Source: an uncultured delta proteobacterium
Lineage (GTDB): Bacteria; Desulfobacterota; Binatia; UBA9968
Length of the DNA stretch: 64,000 bases
Direction of reading: 5' to 3'
NCBI GenBank assembly: GCA_963847445.1
Contig: CAWJZV010000002.1
Location: 32,001-96,000, forward strand
Shown here: one piece after another, positions 1 to 14,506 of the stretch
How the letters are laid out: each line of letters begins with the position of its first letter
Numbering within the stretch: the first letter of the stretch is position 1
Program-made: the position numbers and the translations under genes
The notes under the pieces: generated by a model
Database searches by the model: none
What the model was told of the DNA's origin: nothing
Seen by the model: only the letters and a program-made list of their open reading frames with translations

Positions 1-27
1 ATGTGCCGAATTAAATATTTGTTTTTA

Positions 28-100
28 CCACGAAGGCACGAAGAGCACGAAGTTCGGACTAAATCTCCGCATCCTTCGTGTCCTTCGTGCCTTCGTGGTG
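28..100. repeat. Short-period inverted repeat (CACGAAG)n ... (CTTCGTG)n
   Basis: accacgaaggcacgaagagcacgaag...cttcgtgtccttcgtgccttcgtggtg; near-identical copy at 35161-35239. Confidence 0.85.
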
Positions 101-141
101 AAAGGATCTTCGCATCATATCGAGAAAATCGCCGTGGCAGG

Positions 142-1320
142 CTAATCGAGCAGTTTGCCAAGCGCCTTCTTGATCTTGCGCACGGCCTGCTTGGTCCGAT
201 GCTCGTTCTCGATCAACGCGAAGCGCACATGCTCGTCGCCATACTGGCCGAAGCCAATACCCGGCGACACCGCCACCTGGGCTTCCTGGAGCAGGTATTT
301 AGCGAACTCCACCGAGCCCATTTTTTTCGCCGGCTCGGGAATCTCGGCCCAGACGAACATGGTGCCCTTGGGCCGGGGAATATGCCAGCCGGCGCGGTCG
401 AGGCCGTCGAGCAGCGAGTCGCGGCGCTTTCGATACATTGAACAAATCTCTTCGACGCAATCCTGCGGTCCGTCGAGGGCTTGAATTGCCGCGATCTGAA
501 TCGGCTGAAAGATACCGTAGTCGAGATAACTCTTGATCCGCGCCAGCGCGTGGACGATCTCCTTGTTGCCGACACAGAAGCCGACGCGCCAGCCCGGCAT
601 GTTGTAGCTCTTCGATAATGAGAAGAACTCGACGCCGACATCCTTGGCACCAGCCGCCTGGAGAAAACTCGGCGCCTGGTAGCCATCGAACGTAAGATCG
701 GCATAGGCCAGATCGTGGACGACGATAAAGCCATGCTCCTTGGCCGCTTTGACCACCTTCTCAAAAAAGTCGAGCTCCACCACCTGCGTCGTCGGGTTAT
801 GCGGAAAGCTGATGATCAGCATCTTCGGCTTGGGCCAGGTCTGGCGGATCGCCTCTTCGAGATGGCCGAAGAATTCTTCGCTGGTGGTCAGCGGGATACA
901 GCGCAGATCGCCGCCGGCGAGCACGACGGAATACTGGTGAATCGGATAGGTCGGACTCGGACAGAGCACCACATCGCCAGGATCGATGGTCGCCCAGGCG
1001 AGATGGGACAACCCTTCTTTAGCGCCGATGGTAACGATCGCCTCGCTGTCCGGATCGATGGTCACGCCGTAGCGCCGGCTGTACCACTTGGCGATGGCAA
1101 CGCGGAGTTTATAAATGCCGCGGGAGACCGAATAGCGGTGATTGGCGGGCTTCGATGCGGCTTCGATGAGTTTGGCCACGACGTGCGGCGGAGTCGGCAG
1201 ATCCGGGTTGCCCATGCCGAAGTCGACGATATCTTCGCCTCGATGCCGCGCCTCCATCTTCATGCCATCGATGATGCTGAAGACATAGGGCGGCAGCCGC
1301 TTAATCCGCTGAAATTCCAC
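142..1320 (-). CDS. alaC: Class I/II PLP aminotransferase, AlaC (YfdZ)-like
   Basis: [14 protein letters not shown]...[34 protein letters not shown]-lysine motif. Confidence 0.8.
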   Translation of the reverse strand: MEFQRIKRLPPYVFSIIDGMKMEARHRGEDIVDFGMGNPDLPTPPHVVAKLIEAASKPANHRYSVSRGIYKLRVAIAKWYSRRYGVTIDPDSEAIVTIGAKEGLSHLAWATIDPGDVVLCPSPTYPIHQYSVVLAGGDLRCIPLTTSEEFFGHLEEAIRQTWPKPKMLIISFPHNPTTQVVELDFFEKVVKAAKEHGFIVVHDLAYADLTFDGYQAPSFLQAAGAKDVGVEFFSLSKSYNMPGWRVGFCVGNKEIVHALARIKSYLDYGIFQPIQIAAIQALDGPQDCVEEICSMYRKRRDSLLDGLDRAGWHIPRPKGTMFVWAEIPEPAKKMGSVEFAKYLLQEAQVAVSPGIGFGQYGDEHVRFALIENEHRTKQAVRKIKKALGKLLD

Positions 1321-1428
1321 GCGCCGTCACCTCTCTTTGGTCTAGAAAATTTAAGATTTTTCTATTTATAAGGCATCGCTGCCGCTAGGTGCAAATGAGT
1401 AACTCCTCGCGCGGCAATTCACACAACA

Positions 1429-3643
1429 TTACCCCACCGCCCCCAACTGCAATCGCTTGCCCCAGCGATGTTTGAGAACTTCCCGCATGCCGGCGGACTC
1501 TTTGCTTTTGAGCTGCGGATCTTTTTCCAACCAAGCTAGGGCTTCTTGACGCGCGGCGGTGAGCAACTGCGTGTCGCGCGTCAGATTGGCTAAACGAAAA
1601 TCGGCCAAACCCGACTGCCGCGTGCCGAGGAGTTCGCCGGGACCGCGCAGTTTCAAGTCGGCTTCGGCGATTTTGAAGCCATCTTTTTCTTTTACCATGA
1701 CCTGCAATCGTTCGGCGGCGACCGCGCTACCGGTGCCACGGTTGACGAGCAAGCAATAGCCCGGCGCCTGGCCGCGCCCGACCCGTCCGCGTAGTTGGTG
1801 GAGCTGCGACAAGCCGAAGCGCTCGGCGTGCTCGATGACCATGACCGTGGCGTTGGCAATGTCGATGCCGACCTCGATGACGGTGGTCGCGACGAGAATC
1901 CCCAACTTGCCGTCGCGAAAGGCGCGCATGGTTTGGTCGCGCTCGTCCGCTTTCATGCGGCCATGCACCAGGCCGATGCCGAAGTCTTTGAATAATGTTT
2001 GGCGCATTTTTTCCGCCATCTGGGTGGCGTCCTTGACTTGTTGCAGCTGTTCGGAGGGTTCGACCAGCGGCAGGACGACAAAGGCTTGATGGCCTTTTTT
2101 CAATTGGTCGAGAACCATCGTGTAAACCTGCTTGCGCTCCCGTTCGTTGAACACTTTGGTTTGCACCGGCGTGCGCCCCGGCGGCATGGCATCGACGAAG
2201 GAAACCTCCATGTCGCCGTACAGCACCAGCGCCAGACTGCGCGGGATCGGCGTCGCGCTCAACAACAGCATATGCGGCTCATGACTGGTCGAAGACAGGG
2301 ACTCCTTGCCGGCCACCAGCTGGCGCAGCGACAAGCGCTGCGCCACGCCGAAGCGGTGCTGTTCGTCGATGACGCCCAGCCCCATGCGCGGCGCATGGAT
2401 ATCTTCTTGAATCACCGCGTGGGTGCCGACGAGAAATTGCACTTCGCCGCGCTCGATGCGCGGCAGCAATTCCTTGCGCTCTTTTGCCGTCGTCGCCGCG
2501 GTGAGCAGCGCCGCCGTAACTCCCAAAGTCTTGGCGTAGCCCGACAAACCACGAAAGTGCTGCTCGGCGAGAATTTCCGTGGGCGCCATCCAGAGCGCTT
2601 GATAGCCTTGCTCGATGGTCCGCAGCGACGCCAACCACGCCACCATGGTCTTGCCCGAACCGACATCGCCTTGAACCAAGCGTTGCATCGGCTGCGTCGC
2701 CCGCCATGTCGGCGGCGATCTCGCCAAATACCCGATCCTGCGCGCCGGTGAGCTTGAACGGCAACAATTCGCGCATGCGCTGAACCAGTTTGCCGTCGGT
2801 CAAATTAACCGGCTGGCCGCGGCTCTGTGTGCGCGAGCGCTTACGCAACCCCAACCCCAGTTGCAGATAAAATAGCTCGTCGAAGATCACGCTGCGGTGC
2901 GCCGGCGAGCTGGCGTCGTTCAAGGCGGCCACGCTGGTTTCCAGCGACGGCTGGTGCAATTGGCTGAGCGCTTCCGGGATCGCGCTTAGCTGCATGCGGC
3001 TCGCTACGCTGCTCGGTAATCCTGGCAGCAAATAATGTTTGTATTGATCGAGCGCTTGCGCCGCCAGCTTGCGCATGAACGACATCGGCATGCCGCCCGG
3101 CCGCAAGTACACCGGCAAAATGCGCGCATGGTCGCTCTCTTCACCAGGCTCCAAAACTTCAAAGTCGGGATGGACGATACGCAGGCGCGCCTGCGCGCCT
3201 TGCTCGACCTTGCCGTGGACCAAGAGATTCTGCCCTTGGGATAGACCGTTGGCCAAGTAGCTCGGCGCCCGGTACCACATCAAATCGATTGTGCCGGTGT
3301 CGTCGCGCAGCACCGCCGACAGCATCTGACTGCGCCGGCGCGGGTTGAAACGGTTTTGCAGCAGCACCAGCTGGCCGGTAAAGCTCTCCTCTTGGCCCGG
3401 TACCGCTTGGTTGATTTTCTTCAACTGGCGGCGGTCTTCAAAGCGAAACGGCAAGTGATAGAGAATGTCTTCGACGGTGGCGAGCCCGCTGGCTTCGAGT
3501 TGCGCCGCCCGTTTGGGACCGACGCCCTTGAGAGACTGAATCGAGGTCGCGAGAGCACGCAAGCAGTCGCGCACATTGGCGCGGGGCTGTGAACTCGTCG
3601 TGACCAGTTTGGCGGCTTCTGCCACCGGCTTTAAGATCGCCAT
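1429..3643 (-). CDS. recG: ATP-dependent DNA helicase RecG (one frameshift near 2700-2730, likely assembly error)
   Basis: KGVGPKRA wedge domain; QGDVGSGKT, DEQHRFG, SATPIPRSL, QLHQLRGRVGRG, DLKLRGPGE across two ORFs. Confidence 0.95.
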
Positions 3644-3763
3644 CGATAGCCTATCGAAGCGGAGGGGTGGTTACTCTTGACGACAGGTGCACGCGCAAAC
3701 CGACCGCTAAATTATCCCAGTTCACAAGTACTTCGAGACTACTGACAAAGCGCCGCATTGCCG

Positions 3764-7007
<3,244 letters not shown>

Positions 7008-7012
7008 GGATG

Positions 7013-8182
7013 CTACGAGCCTCGGTGCTGCGCCATCAGGTCGGTAAAGCGTTTGAACAAATAGTTCGCGTCATGGGGGCCGGGCGAGGATTCGGGATGA
7101 TACTGCACGGAAAATATCGGCAGCTCGCGATGCGCCAACCCTTCCACGGTGTTGTCGTTCAAGATTTACGTGGGTCAGTTGCGCGGCGCCGCTCAGCGAA
7201 TCGGCGTCGACGGCGAAGCCATGATTCTGCGCCGTGATTTCGACCTTGCGCGTGGTCAGATCCATCACCGGCTGGTTGCCGCCATGATGGCCGAACTTGA
7301 GTTTGTAGGTCTTGCCGCCCAAGGCCAATCCCAGAATTTGATGCCCCAGGCAGATGCCGAAGATCGGTTTCTTGCCGATCAACTGCCGGACGTTTTCTTT
7401 CGCATAGGGAACCGCGTCGGGATCGCCGGGACCGTTGGAAAGAAAGATTCCATCGGGATTGCAGCGCCAGCACCTCGCTCGCCGGCATCGACGCCGGCAC
7501 CACGCGCACTTGGCAGCCCGACTCGGCCAGATTGCGCAGGATGTTGTATTTGATGCCGATAGTCGTAGGCGACGACGAAATATTTCGGCGCCGTGAAGCT
7601 GCCCTTGCGGCTGCGCTTGGCAGCGCTGCTGCCGTCGCGCCGCTTGTAGCCGCCCACCAGTCGCCACAGGCCTTCATTCCAATCGTAAGGCTCGCGGCAG
7701 GTGACATTTTTAACCAGATCCTGGCCGACCAGTCCCGGCGAAGCTTTGGCTTTGGCGACCAACTCTTCAGCACTCGCCGCGCCTGTCGAGATGATGCCGT
7801 CTTGCGCTCCATGATCGCGCAGGTGGCGCACCAGCGCGCGGGTATCGATGCCGTAGATGCCGACGATTCCATGGGCGCTGCATATATTCATGCAGCGGCT
7901 GGCTGGCGCGCCAGTTGCTCGGCTCGGCGCTGTAGTCTTTGACGATGAAGCCGCGCATGAACGGCCGGCGCGACTCGACGTCTTCGAGGATTGACCCCGA
8001 CGTTGCCGATCTGCGGATAGGTCATCGCCACCAACTGGCCTTCATAAGACGGGTCGGTCGAGAATCTCTTGGTAGCCGGTCATGCTGGTGTTGAAAACCA
8101 CTTCGCCGACGGCTTCGCCTTCGGCGCCGAAACCTACCCCGGTAAAAACTTTGCCGTCCGCTAATGCTAAAATCGCTTTCAT
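7013..8182 (-). CDS. carA: Carbamoyl-phosphate synthase small subunit (several indels)
   Basis: [15 protein letters not shown]...[14 protein letters not shown]; SNGPGDP; GICLGHQ; [10 protein letters not shown]. Confidence 0.96.
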
Positions 8183-8186
8183 GAAA

Positions 8187-10139
8187 TTATCGGCTCGCCG
8201 TCTTGTCCCGGCTGGAGATCGGTGCTGTCTGCGCACTCATCGCGGGATTCATAATCGAATAGATCACCACGCGGTCGCTCGCCTCGCGATCTTCGCCGCG
8301 CAAGCGCACGCGCACGCGGTCTTTTTCTGAGCTCGGAATATTTTTGCCGACGTAATTGGGCTTCACCGGCACTTCGCGGTGGCCGCGGTCGACGAGCACG
8401 GCTAAGCGCACCGACTGCGGCCGGCCCGAGCGAAAGATGATGCTCAACGCGCTTTTCACCGTGCGGCCGGTATAGATCACGTCGTCGACTAGAACCACTT
8501 CGCGATCTTTCAGGCTGGGCGGTCCGAGATCGGGATCGCTGGGGACCATGCGCCGGAGTTCGTCGCCGGAGCCGTAGATTTCGATCTCGCCCAGCTCCGG
8601 TCTGCGTTTGCGCTGCGCTTCGATCGCATTGGCGATGCGTTGGGCCAGGAGCGAGCCGACACTGCGCACGCCAAGAATCAACAACCGGTCGGGGTCGCGG
8701 CAGTCGCGCAAAATCTGCCGGCTCATTTCGCCAAGCGCAGCCTCGATCTCGTCTCGGACATGAGTATCCGCTGCGCGCTGCTCGCTCGTCGGCTCGTAAC
8801 CCAACTCTTCGGCTTCTTTGATCGAGTCGAACAAGGCCAGCTCGCCCTTGTCCCACCAATCGCGCAACGTCTCGCTGAGCGTGGCGTCGAAGGACGAATA
8901 GCGTTTGGCTTTGACATTGCCGACATAGTCGACTTTGAAACGATGATCGCAGTAGTCGCAGCCGAGGATCAGCGCGCCCATAGGGTCGGCGAAATAGATG
9001 CGAAAGCGCCGCTCCGTCGATGCCGGCTCTTTCACCGTGATGCAGTTGGCATTATGGCACTTGGCGCCGATGGGTTCAGGGCTGCGATAGGAACGGTTGG
9101 CCCTATTCGTCGCGGGCTGCTGCGCGCGATTGCTGCGGAATAGAAATTCGAGCAGCGCCATGCGCACCGGCACACCGTAAGCGGCTTGTTTGAAATAGAT
9201 GCCGCGCCGGTCCTTGTCGAGTTCCGGCGACAGTTCATCGACACGCGGCAACGGATGCATCACCACGGTATTCTGAAAACGCTTTTCCTGGAGAAACTCC
9301 GGACCGATGGTCGGATAGTTGCCGTTGGCGGCGCCCTCTTTCATCCGCTCTTTCTGTTTCCGGGTCATGTAAAAAGCGTCGTAGCGCAGGCCGGTCGCCA
9401 TGGTGCTCAGCTGGGATTGGATGACCTTGTCCACTTGCGTATAGAGCGCCAGCTGATGCGGCTGCTTCGGCGTTAAATATAAAGCGTCGGTTTCGGTCAC
9501 GACGGAATTCAAATCTCCCGAAGCCACCGGCGCAAAGCCGTAATCGTACTCCCGCTCCAGCCGCTCGATCACATACTGCGGCAGCTCCATGCCGTTAGCG
9601 GCCAGGGTCACGACGTTAGCGCCGAAGCGCGCCAGCGCATAGACCAAAGAATGGATGGTCCGGCCGTTCTTGAGATCGCCGCACACGACTACCGTCAAGC
9701 CTTTGAGATCGCCCTTCTCCTTGCGCAGCGTATAAAGATCGCACAGCGTCTGGGTCGGATGCTCGTGACCGCCGTCGCCGGCATTGATCACCGGCACATC
9801 GGCATGCTCGGCCATCGCTTGCACCGCGCCGTCCCAATAATGACGCACGACCAACACATCGGCGTAGCTCGACACCACCTTGGCCGTGTCGGCCACGGTC
9901 TCGCCTTTGGCCGTCGAGGAAGCTTTCATGTCCGAGCAGGAGATCACCGAGCCGCCGAGCCGCTGCATGGCCGATTCGAATGACAGCCGGGTGCGCGTGC
10001 TCGGTTCGTAGAACAACGTCGCCATGATCTGCCCGGCGCCGACCCGGTCGGCGCGCAGCTTGTCGGCGCCATCGGCCAGCGCAAAGATCTCTTCGATCTC
10101 ATCGTTGGTCAGGTCGGCAATGGAAATCAGGCCGCGCAT
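8187..10139 (-). CDS. pyrB: Aspartate carbamoyltransferase fused to a PyrI-like Zn domain, an Ada-like module and a PyrR-like PRTase domain
   Basis: [39 protein letters not shown]; CHNANC...CDYC; [25 protein letters not shown]. Confidence 0.9.
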   Translation of the reverse strand: MRGLISIADLTNDEIEEIFALADGADKLRADRVGAGQIMATLFYEPSTRTRLSFESAMQRLGGSVISCSDMKASSTAKGETVADTAKVVSSYADVLVVRHYWDGAVQAMAEHADVPVINAGDGGHEHPTQTLCDLYTLRKEKGDLKGLTVVVCGDLKNGRTIHSLVYALARFGANVVTLAANGMELPQYVIERLEREYDYGFAPVASGDLNSVVTETDALYLTPKQPHQLALYTQVDKVIQSQLSTMATGLRYDAFYMTRKQKERMKEGAANGNYPTIGPEFLQEKRFQNTVVMHPLPRVDELSPELDKDRRGIYFKQAAYGVPVRMALLEFLFRSNRAQQPATNRANRSYRSPEPIGAKCHNANCITVKEPASTERRFRIYFADPMGALILGCDYCDHRFKVDYVGNVKAKRYSSFDATLSETLRDWWDKGELALFDSIKEAEELGYEPTSEQRAADTHVRDEIEAALGEMSRQILRDCRDPDRLLILGVRSVGSLLAQRIANAIEAQRKRRPELGEIEIYGSGDELRRMVPSDPDLGPPSLKDREVVLVDDVIYTGRTVKSALSIIFRSGRPQSVRLAVLVDRGHREVPVKPNYVGKNIPSSEKDRVRVRLRGEDREASDRVVIYSIMNPAMSAQTAPISSRDKTASR

Positions 10140-10349
10140 GGTGATTTACTTCCAGGGCTACTGGTTAATCGTCGATACCGTCACGCCAAGGTTGGTGCTG
10201 TTGTCTTTTTGAGCACGGACCGACTCCCGCTACACCGCCGGGCGTATCATGATACGCCCCGTACATCGGAAAACCTTTTGTGCCCTTTGCGTTCTTTGCG
10301 GCCATTCTTCTTTTTCGGTTGCGCCTGCGCCGCGCTAAGGTCAATGCGG

Positions 10350-10912
10350 CTATTCACTCCGGCTTCTCCCCTGCCAATTCGTCAGAATCACTTGATCCGC
10401 GCCGTCGGACTCATCGAGCAACACGTTGACCCGCTGGCCGTCGCCGACTTCAATATTCTTGCCGACAATATCGGCGCGAATCGGCAGCTCGCGGGCGCCG
10501 CGATCGATCAGCGCGGCGACTAGAATTCGCTTCGGCTGCCCCAAACGCTCCACCGCCTCCATCGCCGCGCGAATCGTCCGCCCGCGATAGATCACATCGT
10601 CGACCAACACTACCGTCCGGCCGTCGACCGGCAACTTGCACTTCGAAAGCGCCCACCGCCGGCATCGGCTGCTCCTGCGACTTGTCATCCCGGTAAGGCG
10701 TGACATCGATCACCCCCACCGCGGGACTGGCCTTGGCGATCTCGGCAATCTTACGGGCAATCCGCCGCGCCAGATGCACGCCGCGCGAACGAATGCCGAT
10801 CAAAGCCAACTCGGCGGGACTACCGGCCTTCTCAACGATCTCATGCGCCATCCGGCTGACCATCCGGCCGATGATCGTCGCGTTCGAGTAAGACTTTCTT
10901 CTCTTCAGCCAT
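10350..10912 (-). CDS. pyrR: Pyrimidine attenuation regulator/UPRTase PyrR (indels)
   Basis: [57 protein letters not shown]. Confidence 0.93.
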
Positions 10913-10949
10913 AAAAAAAGACCCGCCCGGCATCACCGAGTGGGTCTTT
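10912..10949 (-). terminator. Intrinsic terminator of the pyr leader (attenuator)
   Basis: Minus strand AAAGACCCACTCGGTGATGCCGGGCGGGTCTTTTTTT; the U tract runs into the pyrR ATG. Confidence 0.85.
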
Positions 10950-10987
10950 GAGCGTAGCAATCTTGTAAATTAAGTTCCGTCATTTGG

Positions 10988-11021
10988 CCCTTTGCCGACC
11001 TCACAGGATCGGATTAAAAGG
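10988..11021 (-). promoter_or_regulatory. PyrR-binding RNA stem-loop
   Basis: Minus strand CCTTTTAATCCGATCCTGTGAGGTCGGCAAAGGG fits the CUUUAA...(G)UCCNGNGAGG PyrR-binding consensus; lies upstream of the terminator and pyrR. Confidence 0.85.
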
Positions 11022-11129
11022 TATGAGTTTTTCTAACTTGCGTTCGAATGAATGTCAATGAAGTGTGTATAAAATTTCCGACGACCAAGTCGGCCCCGGT
11101 AATTTTCAATTCCCTCCTCGTCGGGATCG

Positions 11130-11361
11130 ACGCTGCAACGTGAAACACCGCCGTGTACGGACAGACGTTGCGCAATTCGCAACTCTCCGACTCCCGGCAA
11201 ATTCCAGGACAGGCGATCCGCCGACACTTGCTGCCAACCCCGCCTCGGATCACGTTGCCCCCGGGGTGAGCCCAGGTCGAACCCTTGTTGTGCGCCCGCA
11301 TGTGCTACGGCGATTCGCGCTCCAGATGGAAACAGAAGTGCTGAAGAGAGATGGAATTCAT
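11130..11361 (-). pseudogene. cas6: Relic N-terminus of CRISPR-associated Cas6 (Cys-cluster type RAMP)
   Basis: MNSISLQHFCFHLERESP*HMRAHNKG[STWAHPGG]NVIRGGVGSKCRRIACPGICRESESCELRNVCPYTAVF resembles the Cas6 KG-x-x-RGGFG...C...C..C.L...CPY..F motif; internal stop, truncated. Confidence 0.65.
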
Positions 11362-11430
11362 CACTTTCTTGACCCGGGCGATTGTTCGAAGTAATTACTT
11401 AGTAGCCACAGCGATTCAAATGATAAAGTC

Positions 11431-11484
11431 ATGAAAACCAACGTCGTTCGCATCGGCAACTCTCGCGGCATCCGTATCATCTAA
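11431..11484 (+). pseudogene. AbrB/MazE-type antitoxin N-terminal fragment
   Basis: MKTNVVRIGNSRGIRII* matches the AbrB/MazE IGNSxGIR motif; cut off beside an element end. Confidence 0.6.
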
Positions 11485-11510
11485 AAGACTTTTGGCAAAA
11501 TAGGTTTCAC

Positions 11511-11953
11511 GGGGTCGGACCAGCCTATGTCCTCGCATCTTCGAAGCTTTCATTCCAGAAGACAGTGTTTTCCGGGCTTAGGGGCTCGTTTTCGCCCGCG
11601 GATTTGAAGCCATAGAACTCGGCCCGTGTCTTTAACTAAAAGATGAACGTGGTTGGAACGTCACCAGATAATCGAGCACGCACAGACCAAAGCGTTTCTT
11701 CGCCTCGAAAACCCAGTCTAAGTAACGGCGTCGATCACGCACAAACTTTAATAAAAATTTCCTTTGGTGACAGCGGTGAGTGATATGCCAGATGTGGCCT
11801 GGCAGATAGTGGCGGTTAGCGCGTGGCATCGATTTTCTTAGAGGTCGCTTTTTCGGTTCAAAAAGCCACCTCTAAGCTCTTAAACGATGCCTTTTAAGCC
11901 ATCTTCTGTTGGCAATTCAAGAGCTTTCCCTGCTTGCCCTGGTCCGACCCGGG
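11511..11953 (-). mobile_element. Internally deleted Y1/HUH (RAYT-like) element with inverted ends GGGTCGGACCAG
   Basis: ggggtcggaccag at 11511 and ctggtccgacccggg ending at 11953; MPRANRHYLPGHIWHITHRCHQRKFLLKF joined to the C-terminal tail GENEPLSPENTVFWNESFEDART*. Confidence 0.8.
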
Positions 11954-12003
11954 CTTACGGTCTTTCGATCAACCAATGGTCTGACCATTGGCAGCACTCT
12001 CCG

Positions 12004-13153
12004 CTATGGAGTTATCGCTGGTTGCGTCGGCGCACTCTGATCCTTGTTCTTCTCCGCACGCACGGTCTTGAGAAGACCGGTCGATATCAATCCTTCCGCG
12101 GCAGCGTGGGCTGCGGCAAATTCACTGTCCGGCGCAAGCACCAGCTGGCTCCCGGTGGGGCGTATTTCCTCTATCAACTTATCGATCGCTGCCAGCCGCT
12201 TTGGCTGTTTACTGATGCTGCGAATGTAGACTGTGCGAATGCGAGTGGGATATTCTTTCACCACGTCCCGGTAAATTTCCGGATCGCGCTCGCCACTGTC
12301 GCCAATCAGCACGAACGGCAGATGCGGAAACGATTCCAGTATGATTTTGATATTCTTCTTCTTGTGGTGTTCTGGTTCCTTAGAAAATAACAAGTGATCG
12401 CCAAAGTCCCGCAAAAGCAGCGGACCCAATGGAATCTTCTGTAGTTTCAAGAATTCGACCAATAGGCTGTAAAGGTTCCAGGCGCTATTCGAAACATAAA
12501 AGATCGGATTGTCTTCGCCACCGCCCGCCCCCCTCTGCAACGCCTGGTAAAAACCGGCAACGCCTTCGAAGGGCTTACGGGTATGCTCGTTGGAGAGAAG
12601 CACCGTCAGGATCATCTTCAATTTATTGGTGACATGGCTCGATATAACGGTGTCGTCGATGTCGCTGATGACGCCGAATCTGGCGGCGGCGGAAGGCACC
12701 AGAACCCTTAGCGGTGGCGCGCACCGGAGATGCCGTGTCCGACGATGGTTCCAACAGCTCCAATTCCACGTTTTGCCAACGATTCGCATCCAAGCGCTGC
12801 ATCGGTTGAATCGCGAAATGGAAATAACCTTCTTCATCGGCGGTCGCCTCGCTGTGGTTTCCCTGAAAGGTCGCCCGGACTCGAGCGCCCGGCACTTCGT
12901 CGGATTCAAACCGTCTATACATGTTGATGAGATTGCGCCAGGTATGATCGGCGCTCGTGGCAGGAGTAAATCCTTCGTCCGCCAATACTCTGCCGCCGAA
13001 CAAAAGTTTCTCCGCACTGCCGCAGCCCAAATAAGGAACGATCATCAAAGGATTGCTAAATCCCGTGATTGTCCTCAGGCGCGCCCGGACACCGTCGGAC
13101 AGCTTATCCGCGCGATCGAGCAGCGTGGGAAGCCGCGATTTCCAGTCCCTCAT
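12004..13153 (-). CDS. App1-family phosphatidate phosphatase (DUF2183), frameshifted
   Basis: GVISDIDDTV, FYVSNSAWNLY, PLGPLLLRD, LIGDSGERDPEIY. Confidence 0.85.
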
Positions 13154-13329
13154 GAAGATAGCTTAGCAACTCTCATCGGCTGCGGAAATCGCAATATGCG
13201 GCCTGCTTCACGTCCGCACCGCCGCCGCCGGTCCAGCCGCAAGATTTTTCTACCCGAGCCTCTTGGGATTGCACCATCCATGACGTACAGCAGAAGCTCG
13301 GGCTATTACAAAGTTACCAGTCGCCTGTA

Positions 13330-13494
13330 GCAACTATGAGTATCACCGCCACCCAGCTCGCCCAGGGTCGCCTTGCCCAATATGACAGCTCCCACGTGCC
13401 GCATTCGTTCGACGCTGAAAGCGTCTTTGTCCGGGTTGAATTTTTTAACAACACCGATCCCAAGGTGGTCGCCATCCTCAGATCCCCAGCGCAT
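13330..13494 (-). pseudogene. Amidase-signature family internal fragment
   Basis: PDKDAFSVERMRHVGAVILGKATLGELGGGDT. Confidence 0.6.
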
Positions 13495-13496
13495 TT

Positions 13497-13718
13497 AGCG
13501 CCGGCGATTGCGCATAAACTTGAGTAGAAATTTTCTTTGATGGCACCGGTGAGTGATATTCCACACGTGGCCCGGGAGAAAGTGGCGGTTGGCGCGCGCG
13601 GTATCGCTTCTTAGAGGTCGCTTTTTCGGTTCAAAAAGCCACCTCTAAGCTCTTAAACAATGCCTTTTAAGCCATCTTGTGTTGTCAAATCAAGATGTTC
13701 CCTTGGTCCGACCCGGGG
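13497..13718 (-). mobile_element. Second copy of the RAYT-like element 5' end with transposase N-terminal stub
   Basis: Near-identical to 11730-11953; encodes RANRHFLPGHVWNITHRCHQRKFLLKFMRNRRR*. Confidence 0.8.
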
Positions 13719-13831
13719 TTTGCGGTCGGTTGTCGGAGGTCAACTGGGAGTGGCAAACGAGTAGAGATGATGAACGGAAGATTCAGCTCTACCAGACGAC
13801 GCGATCGCGGGTTTCGTTCGGCAACCTGGTG

Positions 13832-14506
13832 CTAGCGGCGTTGAACGGAAGATAGGTAAACTAAACAGTTTCTCACATGGTGCAATTTGACCGTCGGTCG
13901 CCAATCGATTCGTGCACCAAGGTTCTGTCGCGCCTGCTCAATGTAGTCTTTCAGCTTCTGATCAATCTCGCTCTGGCGATTCATCAACTGCTGCTGCCCT
14001 CCCCCGCGCATATAACTCATCAAGAGCGCACTGTGCCGTTCATGCTCCAAGTCTTTCAAATCGTTTCCTTCAAAATAGAACCACAGGACAGTTTTGGGTC
14101 GGAAACGAAGCGCATATTCCTTCAAAGAGGCCAACATCAGCAGAGGACCGTTGGAGTCCATACCGAGGTTCGCAGTCCCGGGATGGTGAGCGCGAATGAC
14201 CCCAACGAAATTGTCCTCTGACGGAACACAGGCACCGTGGGTGAACGAATCTCCCACCGCCACGATTCCCAATTGTTGATTTTTCCACAGGCCTGCGGGG
14301 TTGTGAAACCCATGTTCGTCGCTTGGATAGGTGACATACTCGCCGCTCTCATTGCAGAAGACGGTCAGTGTATTGGAGATGCAAGCGAGAAGGATCTCAG
14401 TGTTATGATCGGCGGCGGTTTCAGCACAACATGACTGCATTAAATGATTATGAGGTGGTGGGTATACCGACCAGTATATTTCGATTATACCTGCCCCCCC
14501 ACGCAC
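13832..14506 (-). CDS. SGNH/GDSL-hydrolase-like protein, probably truncated
   Basis: DEHGFHNP, AVGDSFTHG, NLG, WFYFEGNDLKD. Confidence 0.65.
   Translation of the reverse strand: MRGGAGIIEIYWSVYPPPHNHLMQSCCAETAADHNTEILLACISNTLTVFCNESGEYVTYPSDEHGFHNPAGLWKNQQLGIVAVGDSFTHGACVPSEDNFVGVIRAHHPGTANLGMDSNGPLLMLASLKEYALRFRPKTVLWFYFEGNDLKDLEHERHSALLMSYMRGGGQQQLMNRQSEIDQKLKDYIEQARQNLGARIDWRPTVKLHHVRNCLVYLSSVQRR

Noticed and set aside
11030-11330. Possible structured ncRNA (6S-like) upstream of the pyr leader
   Set aside because: Better explained as a degraded cas6 coding fragment; no convincing long rod structure
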